Shown: in pieces, positions 1 to 13,400 of the stretch | Layout: each line of letters opens with the position of its first letter | Numbering within the stretch: the stretch's first letter is position 1 | From: Anolis carolinensis | Taxonomy: Eukaryota | NCBI RefSeq assembly: GCF_035594765.1 | Contig: NC_085844.1 | Location: 136,028,622-136,092,621, forward strand | DNA: 64,000 nucleotides | Reading direction: 5' to 3' | Notes under the pieces: generated by a model | What the model saw: only the letters and a program-made list of their open reading frames with translations | Database searches by the model: none | Told to the model about the DNA's origin: nothing | Made by a program: the position numbers and the translations under genes

Positions 1-227
1 AACATCAAATTAGGTTATGATTTTACAAATTAAGTGCCAAAATATCATGCTATACAATAAATTTGACAGAAAAAGTAGTTCAACACGGAGTAATGTTATG
101 CTGTAATTACGGTATTTACAAATTTAACACCAAAATATCATGATATATTGATAACATTGACTACAAAAATGCGTTGGATAATCCAGAACGTTGGATAAGC
201 GAGGCTTGGATAAGTGAGACTCTACTG
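1..227. mobile_element. Tc1/pogo (Tigger-like) MITE, partial
   Basis: Right TIR ttggataagtgagactctactg+TA; same family as 10520-10842. Confidence 0.8.
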
Positions 228-281
228 TAGTTAGATAGCATTTTAACTGTCATGGCTTCAACCATTGAATTTGAAATTTAT

Positions 282-548
282 AAAGGTAAAGGTTTTCCCT
301 AACATTAAGTCTAGTTGTGTCCGACTGTGGGGGGTGGGGGTGTGGAGCTCATCTCCATTTCTAAACTGAAGAGCCAGCATTATCTGTAGACATCTCCAAG
401 GTCATGTGGCCGGCATGACTGCATGGAGCGCTGTTACCTTCCTACCAGTGCGGTACCTATTGATCTACTCACATTTGCATGTTTTTGAACTGCTAGGTTG
501 GCAGAAGCTGGGACTAACAACAGGAGCTCACCCCACTCCTTGGATTCC
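282..548 (-). mobile_element. Sauria SINE (5'-truncated)
   Basis: (AAAGGT)n tail and core homologous to 2941-3269 and 14285-14614. Confidence 0.85.
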
Positions 549-1398
549 AAATTTATGACATTTATAGTTTGATTTAATATTTAAAATTTTCAAAAGCACC
601 CCACAGAATTTTTAAAAACTACAACTGCCTGACACCCCATACCAGGGGTCCTCAAACATGACTCTTGCATGACTCTACTAAAGTTTGGAAAAAAATGAAT
701 GAATTCTTATGCACACTGCACATATCTTCCTACTGCAGGAAAACACAAAAGAGCAATACAATATTTAAAATGAAGAACAGCTTTAAGCAACGTAAACTTA
801 CCAGTATTTCAATGGGAAATGTGGACCTGCTTTTGGCTGATGAGATAGTCAAGTTCATTAGGATTGTTGTTGTTGTTGTGTGTCTCCAAGTCATTTCAGA
901 CTTAGGGTGACCATAAGTATAAAGTTTGGGGCAGGAGGCAAGTAAATGACCTTGGAGGACCATATCTGGCTGTGGGACTTTGTTTAGGGACCCCTGTTCT
1001 AGAGGATACAGCCATGCATTTGAAACAGAATATAGTACTGTAATTGTGTGAACACACCTTATCTTACATGACGCCAAACAAAATGCGAGTGTTCTGTCTG
1101 TGAAAAAGTGGACATTACACTCTTTCAGTCGCCAGAACATGGAGCTGAGGACTCAGCATTGCTGGAAGTGCAAGCCAATTCTCTCTCTCACCCTGTCCTA
1201 GTACTTTGTCTGCTTGTAAAACTGCCATTTGTCCTGAGTTCTGCATTTATAATGCTCCAAGGATAGCTCTTGGGAATTTGCTTCGCCAGACGTCAGAATT
1301 AAACATTTAACAGTAATCCTATCACTCTGGTAACATTATCTGCTTTGCACAGTCCACAAATGAAAAGAGTGGGCAAATGAGAGCATACGGTTGTCATC

Positions 1399-1413
1399 AT
1401 GGATGCTGAACAG
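1399..1413 (+). CDS. pseudo-kinesin coding exon 1 (MDAEQ)
   Basis: ATCATGG Kozak context, in-frame TGA just upstream, donor CAG|gtgggt. Confidence 0.6.
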
Positions 1414-4400
1414 GTGGGTTTCATCTATAGACTAAAACAGATGGATTAAGGCAATTGGGGTTTTACAGAGAAAGCAGTTGCTATCTTTGAGCACCTGACT
1501 CTCTGTTGCTCACCTGCTGTTTAGGGTGTTTGGTTTATATTAACATCTGCCAGGGTTTTGAACCACCTGCATGGCTGTTTGCTGTTGCTTCCTTTTAATC
1601 TTTCCTCTTTGATTTGGAAAGAACTGAAGCTTCTCCACAATATCTAATGTGCTTTCTTTCAGCCTGGAAAAGATGTACATGTCCAAGCTGCTGTGGGAAT
1701 CCGACGGATAGCAGGTACCTCATCCGGCAGTTGGAAGTCCCTTTACAGATGGCTGTCAACATGGCCAAAATGCTGGGTTGGTTTTCTTATGGAGAAAAGG
1801 GCAGACACAAAATCATGTTGGATATTCAATCTACCCCAGCTAAAAGGGATCTGAGTGTAGGCTTCTACATATTCCAAGCATCTGAGCAATTAACGAGGGA
1901 CTATGTGAATAGACGAATTGTTGGATTGAAAGGGTCACTTATGTTTGGATATTTGTGCTTTCTTAATAATTCATGTCCTTTTGAACTCATCAAGTATATT
2001 TTCCTTGCACAAGCTGCTGTTTTTCCTTATGGCATCAACCCCAACCACTTAAAAATACTGCAGTCCGATGAAGTTCTTTTCTCCCATATATCTTCTTATG
2101 TTACAGACATCTGTCACCATACGCCAGCCCGTGGCGGGGTGAGCACCCGTCAATTAAAAAAATAGACCCTGCTCGTTGCTAACCTAGCAACCCAAAAGAT
2201 AGTTGCATCTATCAAGTAGGAAATAAGGTACCACTTATAAAGTGGGGAGGCAAATTTAACTAATTTACGACGTTGGAATGAGGAAGTGCCATCACAGTGG
2301 ATGATGAAGCAGCTGCTCCCCCCTGTGGCCAGAATCGAACATCCCCTCAGGAGAAGGTTAAATTTCCTTTGCGTTTGTCTCGGCTCTATGTGTATATGGG
2401 CATTGAATGTTTGCCCTATATGTATATAATGTGATCCGCCCTAAGTCCCCTTCTGGGTGAGAAGGGCGGAATATAAATACTGTAAATAAATAAATAAATA
2501 CATGACTTTACATCATTGGCATGACACAGTGATACAATCATGGCAATGCTCTCCTACAATAAGCCCCACCCAGTTCCTCCATAATTTTAAATCATTGCTG
2601 AAATTACTTTCTGAGTACCTTACAGGAACGATTGCAGGAAGCCAAAGACTTTGCCTCCACATCCAGAGAGCTGGAAACAAATGATTATGGAGTTTCCTGC
2701 AGCCATGTTTTGATTCTGGCATCAGGTCACCTTCTCTGCATTGCCCCATCCTGAGGACGGACATTGAAACAACAGCAGGGAAATTAGAGCGGGGAGGGTG
2801 AATTTATTCTTGCTCCAGCCAGAAAGCTTGGGCCAGCCATGGGCAGTCCAAAATGGGAGGAGGAGATGATGACAGCATTTAAGGCAGATGCAGTCCTTCA
2901 AGGTTGTTTACCTGGGCCCTGGCCTAAACTGTAGACTTAAAAAAAGGTAAAGGTTTCCCCTGACATTAAGTCCAGTCATGTCTGACTCTGGGGGTTGGTG
3001 CTCATCTCCATTTCTAAGCCGAAGAGCCGGCGTTGTCCGTAGACACCTCCAAGGTCATGTGGCTGGCATGACTGCATGGAGTGCCGTTACCTTCCCGCCA
3101 GAGCGGTACCTATTGATCTACTCACATTGTCATGTTTTCAAACTGCTAGGTTGGCAGAAGTTGGAGCTAACAGTGGCCGCTCATGCTGCTCCCGGGGTTT
3201 GAACCTGGGACCTTTCGGTCTGCAAGTGCAGCAGCTCAGTGCTTTAACACACTTCGCCACCGGGGCTCCTTTTAACTGTAGACTTAGGGTCATCCTAAGT
3301 CTGAAACGACTTAAAGGCACACAACAAGAACCATTCTTATTAACTTGACTATCAGCCAAAAACAGGCCCACACTGCTAAGGACCCCCGATTTAGGGAATA
3401 AAGGAATGTATGTTTTGATTATGGAAAGAGATCCGAGGATAATAAAACATTTATGTACCACAATGAATGGATGTCAGGGCGGGGACAGTTCATTGTGATA
3501 CATCAGTGAAAGAGAGGGATATTTATCCAAGTAGGATGAACTGTTAACTCAGGAAGAAACAAAACAAAACATCTTAATATGATATGAGTTGAAACATGTT
3601 GTAGAACAATAATTAAAATGGGATCAAAATGCAGCCATTAGAAAATCTCACAATATATTAGTTTTAGGGGGAGAGGGAACAGAGAGTGCTTTATTTTCTA
3701 ATATGTCTGTCTAATGTTCCTCCCAGGCTCCTTGAAGCAAGAAAGCTTTGTGGTGGTGAACGAAGATTCTAACTGTTTAATATTCATCAATAAGGCAGAA
3801 AAAGGGGTGCAGGTAATAAACCTTCCAGTGACAGCTTCTAGAGCAAAGAAGAGCAATAACTAGCAGGATAATAGAAAGCAACAAGGCAACCCTGTTTATG
3901 TAGGAACAAGTATTAATTAGTTTAATTGGATTTACATGTTTAAAATGCTGAGAATCGAACACATTGCACTGATGGTTTCAAAGATTTATTGGAAATGGAT
4001 GAAAGGAATTAAATATTAATTAAGAATTAAAGAGAGGAATGAGATTATAGGCAAACCTCAAAAAACAAAGCTTCTGACAAAATAGTCTTTATACCCACCC
4101 AGCCTCCTTTCTTCCCATCCTGTGTATTGCTAAATATTTTAGCACATTGAGGGATGAAAAAGACTAGCTGATGAAAAATAGGTTTTCAGTGTATAGCAAC
4201 ATCTCTGCAGTAAACAGTGCAATAAAACTGGGGAAAGTATGAAATTCTGCTTTGGCAATTCTACTACAGCACTGTGTGCTTGCCTGCAACAAGTGAGGTG
4301 AACAGCAGCTGCTGCCAGAAATTCTTACTATGCATACATGAATTGCTGAACAGAGAGGGGAAAAAAAGCAAAGCAGAGAAGTCTATCTCACAAGCTACCC

Positions 4401-7400
4401 CAGACAGTTAAAATGTCTGGTTACCAAAATAGAAGTCATATGAAAAAAGCAGCCTGATGAAAAACACATCATTCATTGAAATATTTTGCAGGAAGCTTGC
4501 ATGTGGTCTTGAAGGTACAATTTATTTTCTTTAGTTTGGAAAGTCTTATTTGGCTTGCTTATTTCATTTCACACAAAATATTATTGATGTTGGATAAAAC
4601 ATTGGCTGAACCATGTTGAACTACCAGTACTCTTCTTTGTCATGTTAGAATAGCCTATTCCTATTGTTTCTATGTTACTTCTAGATGTAAAGTTCAGCAC
4701 ATTTATTTTGTTAGTTATGGACTTCATCACATAAAATAAAATCAGCATTTCTACACTCTTAAGAAACTGCACCTTCACACGACACAAGCTTCAAATGTGG
4801 GGTAGAGATATCTTGCTGTTTCTAAAGTGTGGGTTTTCCTGTCGATTCCTAAGCCAGTTGGGCAAGCAACTTATTCTTCAATTCCCCATATAGAAACGTG
4901 AAAAAAATGCCCAATTTAACATGTGATGGGAATTCCCCCTCACCCATTTGTAAACATAATGATGATGTCGCTATGGAGGGAGGAGCCGAAATGGGCAGTA
5001 TTGATTCCTTTCTTCTGCCATTACCATTTTTGGATTGAGGAGGCATGGTAAACATTCAAAGATATTCAAAAAATTCTGGAGAAAAACCCCACGCTTGACT
5101 CTGAGCTCCCTCTTTCAACATCCCCCCCCCACTCTTTTTGTTATCTTCCTTCTCGTAAAAGTCCTTTTGAAGTATTACCTACTAGTTTCAATTGCCTCTA
5201 TGAAATTCCTGCGGTGCTATCAGGCATTTGTCTTGCCTATCAAAAGGCTAGCAGAAAAAGGCATAAGAGAGTTTAAGCTTCATTTCCCCTCTCCCTCTTG
5301 TTCTCAATTCTGCAACATAAGGATAAACCCTCTACATATGTTGTTGTGAGTTTTTCGGGCTGTAAATTGAACTCCCAAGATGACAAAAGAATTTTTTTTA
5401 AAAGAAGAAAATGTGGAGGGATGATGGGAGTCTTTACTGTGTGATGGCAAATCAAACAGAAAAATACTAAAGAAATTGGAGAAGAAGAAGGGTGTGATGG
5501 GAGTAGAGAAATCATCTATCTAATTTCCAAACGGGGCTTTGCAAAGCTTAAGAGAAAACCAACTATCCCAAATGCTTTACATATTCTATGTGACGAAGTC
5601 CTAGGTTTCTATATAGATAAAACAAATGTAGCCATTAGAACTGGGGAAGTGCACAAAGGGAAGAGGGGATGTAGCAGGTGTATAAAGATGAATGCAACTA
5701 GGAGATGTGGTTATGGGGAGAACAGAGTGTGTGCTGGTACAGCTGTACCAGAAACTTCAACTTTATTTTCTTGCTGCAAATGTTTGCAATTATAGGACAG
5801 GCCACCTGTCAATCACCATTAAGTTTGGTTCCGCCCCTTGTCCAGGGCTCTGGGAGGGAAGGAGCCATTTTTAAGTTAGTCTCACTTAGGAAGCTCATCT
5901 ACAGGACGTAGACCAGCTCGTCCCGTAAAAAGCTTCATATTTCAAGAATACCAGGGATATTGACCATCCGAGGATACAGAACAACAGCACAGAAACATTT
6001 GCAAGCCTTGGCTGGTAGGTCCACTCGACAACCAGACGCACTTGGGAGTTGGCAGTGGGTCCCAGACCAGCTAGGCCCAGATAATAGATAGCCTGGGAGA
6101 GGTTATAAGAGGGTTTTCACAGTTATTCAAAGCCAATTGCCTGTCCTGTGGGGACAAGACTCCTTGAAGATTTATTATTTGTTCGTCAATAAAGACTTTG
6201 TTATTTCTTTAAAGACTTCAAGGCCATCTCTTCAGGGAAATTCCTCAACAACCTTTCTTTAGGCAGCCTGGCTTCCCGCTGGGTGTAAAGCATACATCCT
6301 ATATAATAGACAATCAGTCACAGGCCCAGCGCGTGACAGAATAGAGTGAGTAAGCGAAAGGAAGATGTTTAGCTAGGTTTGGGGAAGGAAAATGCAAAAA
6401 AAGTCAGAGGATAAAACAGGAAGAAAATTAATGCTGGCACCAGCTGCAGGGATGAAATGAGAGGAGAAAGAAAGGAAAGAATGTATTTAGTCAGAATTAT
6501 ATGTACAGAAGGAGAAAAAGGATGAGAAACAGAAAACAGTGGCATCAAGAATTAAAACGACTTATGTGCCTAAGTAGAAGTGAACAAGGAAACAATTCAT
6601 ACCAGACTTTCTGCTAACAATTGTATATCCACATGTGTTTCCGATCATGATAAAATATACTGTGGCTTCAGCCATTTAGGGTGGGAAATGTGGGAAGCAA
6701 AACTTAGAAAAATTAATAATAAAGGAAAATCAACAAGACAGCAGTTCAATAGTACCATGTTTAACAATTGTATCTCACTATTTTCCCATTGGAGTAGCTT
6801 CACACAATTCCTTTAAAAATATGAACAAGAAAGGAAGATGGACAGCTGAAGGACAACATGAAAGATGCTGGAAGGCTATGTTGCCCAAAAGGTCTAAGTG
6901 CTAATTTGTGTACTGTGGCTCTCTTTCCAGGAAGGATGCTTCACCATTAATGGAGTCTACACTTTGGAAACTGGTCAGGTACACAATATCCTGAATGCTG
7001 TACTCTACAGCAGATGATATGTAAAGGTTAATACTAAACTTTTTAAACCAGGGAACAGAGTCAAAAATTTCAGACAAAGCTCCATTTGCCCTCTCAAAAA
7101 TGGCTGCAATGCTATGTGTGGCCAGTCATAAAACACACACACACTACTATCCTCATGGGCACTGCACTGGGGACATCACAGCAAAATTGGTAAGTCAGAA
7201 TGTGTCAATGGGTGCAGCATGTCCCTGCTGGGATTTCTGATTTTAAATGGGGGGGAGGTATGTGATTTTTATACGATGAAATCATAGAATCATAGAATCA
7301 TAGAATAGTAGAGTTGGAAGAGACCTCATGGGCCATCCAGTCCAACCCCCTGCCAAGAAGCAGAAATCGCATTCAAATCGCATTCAAATCTAGTATAATA

Positions 7401-10400
7401 CATTTATGGACCAGAGAGAGAGCAGAAACCAAGAATCTCATGAACTGCCATGGCAATGTGAGTGGGGATGATAGTTAAGCAAAGACCTCCTGGGTCAGAC
7501 CAATGACTTAAGTAGTCTTTAATTCCACTTTTCATAGTGGTCTACCATGTATATCTGGGAGGCTTCAATGTACTTGTTCCCAACCGCTGGTATCTGGTGG
7601 CACACTGCATCTGAATAAAAAAGCACAATACAACCATTGTATTAAGTAGCCATTGATAGACATCTCCTCTACCTATGTCTAATCCCCTAGAAAGCCACTG
7701 AAATCGGTGAGATCATCATAAGTCCTATATAGCAACCAATTAATTACACATTCTGGGAAGAATCATTTCCTTTGGTCTGCTCTGAATATCCTCCTGGTTT
7801 CTTTCATTGAGAAACCCTGAATCCTACTACTATGCGAAACAAAGAAATGAAACTTTCATAGGCTTTTATCTTCCAGCTCTTCCTCTTGTATCAGCCATAG
7901 CTGCTCTCCATTTTACTGTAAAGGAACTTCTCAGGGTACTCATCCCTGTTCTAAAAATAGATACAACTGATTGGATAACTCCTTTAAAATTCAGATTAAA
8001 GCTCAGCTTTGGTTCACTTCTTTGCTGGCCAGCTGTCGCTGCTTATAGTCACCCTTAAAAAATCCAAGACACAGACAGTGACTATAATAATAGGTTGACC
8101 ATCAGCAACACAGAAGGAGATTTCAAAAATCTGAGCCATTTCTTGGTTTGGGGGAAGATCCTTGTACCCTATTTTAAGTTTGTTTTCCTGGTAACAAAGA
8201 TAGATGTGCCAACAGTTTCACTCAAATTTGGCACGTATTGAAATATTTTAATTAGTTCCAAAATTAGTTTGGGGAAGAATATTTCCATTCAAATTCCTTT
8301 CTGAAGATTCTGAAATCTGAAACGTGTACAAAGGCATGTACACAGAAGTTGAATAAGTGGGGTACAGTACAGGGTACAGATGTATGGAGACAGAGAAGGA
8401 AGATGATGGCTGTGGCTGCCTTGTCTAATGGTTTATGGTGCTGGTTGACAGAACATGTAAATCTATTTTTTAACAAGACAAGGCCAGCATTCGTTATGGG
8501 TATTTGGGTGTCTGCCTGACTGTACCAGATGTGGGTGCTGGACCAGCTCCAGGAGCTGTTAATTCAAGATAGCATCTTTGTCCCCCACTCTAGGACAAGC
8601 TCTTCCTGGAACAACTGCAACCTCTGATGGCCATGGTGTCTCTTGGCTACAGCGCATCCTTGCTGGTGTATGATACTCATCACTGTGGAGTTCAGGCACA
8701 AATCCAATACTTAGTCCAGAAGGTAAGAGGAGAATTTAGCTGCAGAATTAAGTAGCGACAGAATCAAATAACAGCAATTGTTTTTCCATATAGGATCTAC
8801 CACCTTGGCCAATCAATTTATATGTAGACATTTCCCCCATAATAAGAGAGTGACAACTTTGTTACTGATTCTGAAATATGTCAGCAATCTTTTGCAAAGC
8901 CCTATCCTAGCACTTCATTGCGGTGGTGGTGATAAACTCCGAAAGTTCTGAGAGCTATGTTAGCAGAGCGCAAAATCTAACAGATGCAACCAAGCTGATA
9001 AGGATTCGTGTAGCCTCACCTGTAGGTTATGTTTCTACATACATGGACGGGCTTAACACAGTTCATAACTAGATAGTTGGAAGCCAGTTTGTTAATAGAA
9101 AGCTGAACTGAACTGGCCAAAGTAACTATGAACACAATTCACCTTGGAGTTTGATGAGATGGAGATCAAACACAATGCAGTGGAAAATAATATCTGCTCC
9201 AATCCCTTTATTTTGATCACAGCAGTCCCATCTAGTGGTTTCAAAGTACAAAGAGAAGAAAAACTATTGACAGTGTGGCCAGGAAGGACATAGTCAAGCA
9301 CATTAACCTAACCTCACTGTCCAAATATTGTGTGCAAGAACATTAATGGTGTTTTGTCAATCCACAAATGAAAGACTTCCATTTTATTACACCACATATC
9401 AAGACAACTAGTAGATGAGGTCAAAAATACTAGATTGCAATGATTGACACCCTGTCATTCTCTGTATGCTTGCTAATAATAAACTGAAGGACAACCATTT
9501 CATAGAAAACAGAACGGAAGAACTACATATAGCAAGTACACCTTGGTTTGTCATATACTGGTATTTCTGTTTCTCCTATCTGTCATTAGGTAATAGAATA
9601 TGTGTTCCAAGAATCCAGTTCTCCCCCCAATAATTCTCAGTTTCTCAAAACCATCAGCTTTGTTCAGGTAAGCAACTGTGCCAGGATGACCTGAGAGCTA
9701 TGTATCCAGTACTTTTCTCTATAAGATAAAACAGACCTTACAATGTTACTACTCTGACCCATGGGATTACCATCCCAAGCATATGAATGCTATATGGTCT
9801 ATAACTATTTTGTTCTCATTTTCTACCTAAATGACGATAGTTATCCCCATATAATCGTAATTGTTATTTTCAGTCTTCAGATCTCCCATTATTTGCATCT
9901 ACCTCCTTCTAGATTTACTCAGATGGACAGGCCAAAGACCTGCTTCATCCAGAAAACCCAGCCCTGCAGGTGATGGATCTTCCTCCACTGGGACTGTAAG
10001 CATCTGGCTCTAGTGTTTCTATGTGTTTGATGATAAGCAAAGGAAATAGTAGCACAATGAATTCCAGATAATCTGGGATCTAAGGGTTTATCACACAAGG
10101 GTGATAAATCACAATTGCAGCAGGATGATAGTTTCTTTGGCTAGGACCTATCACACAATTATGTGTCTTTTCCACTGCATTTCCATCATTGTTAGAATGT
10201 ATCATTTCACTGAAAGGAAAAACCATTAATGGCTCCAATATCACTGCTATTCAACTATTGTTTGTGGTGTGATGGTGTGGATCCTATTCCTCCCTGTTAT
10301 GAAACAGAGTTAAGTCACTTTATGTATGGCATCCAAAGAGGGCATTGTGGTATACAAGTACAACATTTATTTTATTCTATTCCCCAGGGTCTCTTTTCCT

Positions 10401-13400
10401 TTTAAAATTTATTTTACCATCGTTGGGCAGTTGCACTGCCATGGTGGGCTGCAATTATGACACTACCCTTCATTTCCAAGATGCATCAAAACTGCATGTT
10501 TGTGAAGTGTAATTAAATACAGTAGAGTCTCGCTTATCCAACGTAATTGGGCCGGCAGAATGTTGGATAAGCAAATATATTGGATAATAGGGAGAGATAA
10601 AGGAAAAGCCTATTAAACATTAAATTAGGTTATGATTTTATAAATGAAGCACCAAAACATCATGTTATACAACAAATTTGTCAGAAAAAGTAGTTCAGTA
10701 CACAGTCATGCTATGTAGTAATTACTGTATTTACGAATTTAGCACCAAAATATCATGATGTATTGAAAACATTGACTACAAAAACGCGTTGGATAATCCA
10801 GAACGTTGGATAAGCGAGTGTTGGATAAGTGAGACTCTACTGTAACATACACATGCTAAGTAGGACAGACATGGATAGGAATATAGGATCAAGTAAAGTA
10901 GTGCATAAGACTTACTGTGGGAACAATCATCACCAGTAGTACCATAATGCTATTGGAGATAAGGTGTGAAGACAACTCTTTCCATACCAGTATGTTTCTA
11001 TTTATCATAACAGGCTGGTGTTATAAAGCTAGTCTGATAAAGAACAATGTAAGCTAGAGAACAGGATTTTAATGGTTTAGAAAATATTTTAATGCTTGGT
11101 TTGCACATATAAAAGAGTAGCTTGTGGAAAGATTAATATATCCTTGAATAGACATGAAGAAATAAAAGAATGTCACAACCAGTGTGCTATGAAAATTATT
11201 TGCTCATCTGAATTAGGGATATTAAGGAATCTAGGCCAACAAGTTCTGCCTTTCCATAACTAAAGCCCTGGAAAGAGAAATGTGATAACAGAAGATGTGA
11301 ACAGGACTAGGTGTTTAAAAGGCAACCTTTTCAGACCACCCACTTTATGTTTATACCTTAGCTAAATATATCAGCACTGTCAATAATCTCTGCTTCTCTC
11401 TTTAGGGTTGTGAAAGAGGCAACTGAAATTGTTGTGACTGATTCACAAGCTGCCACTCACTTCTATCACTGTGGAGTCTCAGCGTACCACAGTTGTTTGG
11501 AGCAATCTTTTCAAAAGTCACACAATACCATGTAAGGGCTACAGGAAGGCGGGGGAAGTAATTAGAAGGGGAAGAAACCAGGACATCTATAGTGTCTGGT
11601 GGTCCCGTCTCAGTGGAGTAAAACAGAGTGGATTCAGCACCACACTGACATGGAACACACCAGTTTGAACTGAACACATGCAGCCAGCTTTGTACGGGAT
11701 TCTGTCCATTCATATTGTTGAGACGTATTGGAGACCTTGGCCCCATCTATAATGCAGTTTCAGACTATAGTTTAACTGCAATATATGGCAGTGTACAGGC
11801 ATGTAGCTGGGGGGGGGGGGGGCTTGAGGAGCTTCAGCCCCCCCCTCCTGAAATTCTCAGGGTGGTCCGCGAAAAGGACTTATATTTATTATTTAAACTG
11901 TTATGTTTATTCATATCATGATCTGATCACTATGCTCAATATATCCCATATGCATGGGGGTATTGGGATAACGATACAAAAGGTTTGCTAGGGCAAATCC
12001 TCTCTCACTCAGACTCAGCCCCCCCCCCCCCCCCCCGAACCAAAATCCCAGCCCCTCCCGAACCAAAATCCTGGCTACGGGCCTGGCAGTGTAGATTCAA
12101 ATAATTTAGTTCAATGCATTTAAACTGCATTCTGAAACTGCATTATATGGCAGTGTAGATGGGGCCCTTGTCTCTGAGGCAGGATATTCTAAATCTGCTA
12201 AGCTGTGCCAAACTCCAGACTAAATTGCACTTGGAGAGCCTCCAGTCTGAAGTCTGACGAAGATGCCATCAAACATGTCCTGGTCAGAAAAATCAGGGCT
12301 GCCTCAAGGTAAGACACTTACAGTAGAATTGCTTTGTTCCACTCACTTACAGTAAGCAGGATGAAAACAGCTGGCACAACTCTCCAGAAAATCAGACAGG
12401 CCCCAATGCTTTCTTGGTGTATGTATGTTTGTGGGGGCCCTACACAGCATATCATTCCACAAAAAGTGGCCTTGGAGATTACCAGTGCTTCTCCATGGCC
12501 ATGTCAAATAAAATGGCATGCTCTACCACTGCTCTTCTTACTCTTTTTCACACCTCTTTGAATTAGTTCAACAAGAAATCCCAGTGCAAAGTCGCAACCA
12601 AGATGCTGCAGCATTGAACTGTGGCCTTCCTGTGTGGTAAAGTAACATTGAAGTGAGATTATCTTTCCTTTGCCTACATACCTAGGAATTTTTTGGGCAG
12701 TGTGAATGGCGCATGGCAGGATGCACATACAAAACAAGAGAGCTATATCCCTCAATGCATGAGAAGTCCACTGCAATTCCTATTATAGCTCACAGTGGGA
12801 AATACATTCTTTTCTTTTCCTAGGAGCTTTGGCTCTGGGAGCATGTCTGACTTCTGGGACTTATTCAAGGTTTCCTGCTTAGACAGTAAAAATAAAGGGG
12901 AACCAGGCAGTAAGCAGACTTCCCTTCAGACATCCTTCACTTGCGGGAAGGAGTCTTAAAAACTGCTGAGGTGCTAATTCAGCACATGCTCTGCCAAGAA
13001 TTGTATTATTAATTCTGTTTATACCATGCCTTTCCTCCAAAGAGCTCAATGGTGGGTATGTGGCTCTTTTCCTCAATACAACACTATGAGACAGATCAGT
13101 CAGAAAAAAGTGACTGGTCCAAGCTCATCCAGAGAGTTGAATGTTCATTGGATTCTAGTGTCTATATGAAATTGCCAATTCTAAGTAGAACAGAAATATT
13201 GAATCATTTAGATTTATTTATGTGTTAACTGATCAATCAGCTACTGGTTCAGTGGTTAAAATCTTAATCACACAAGTCCCAGTTCAAGACTAATGCCAGG
13301 TGTGAAATTCTAAAAGTCTAGCAGCCAATTCCCCCACCCCGCAAAAAAATCTGGAACCCTTCCTAGGCAGTAACAGACCTTAAAAAGCGCCCCTCCCCCC

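Noticed and set aside
1614-2165. 183-aa + strand ORF (WKRCTCPSCC...)
   Set aside because: It overlaps pseudo-kinesin exon 2 in a different frame and runs into intron and SINE sequence; no recognisable domain.
2625-2724. Possible extra exon ERLQEAKDFASTSRELETNDYG...
   Set aside because: It needs a longer exon 2 and a weak donor (gtcacc), and would insert a long unalignable segment in the motor; direct 1714-3727 splicing is simpler.
2978-3461. Recurrent ORFs beginning MSDSGGWCS... (also 38945, 55512)
   Set aside because: Translations of Sauria SINE copies, not genes.
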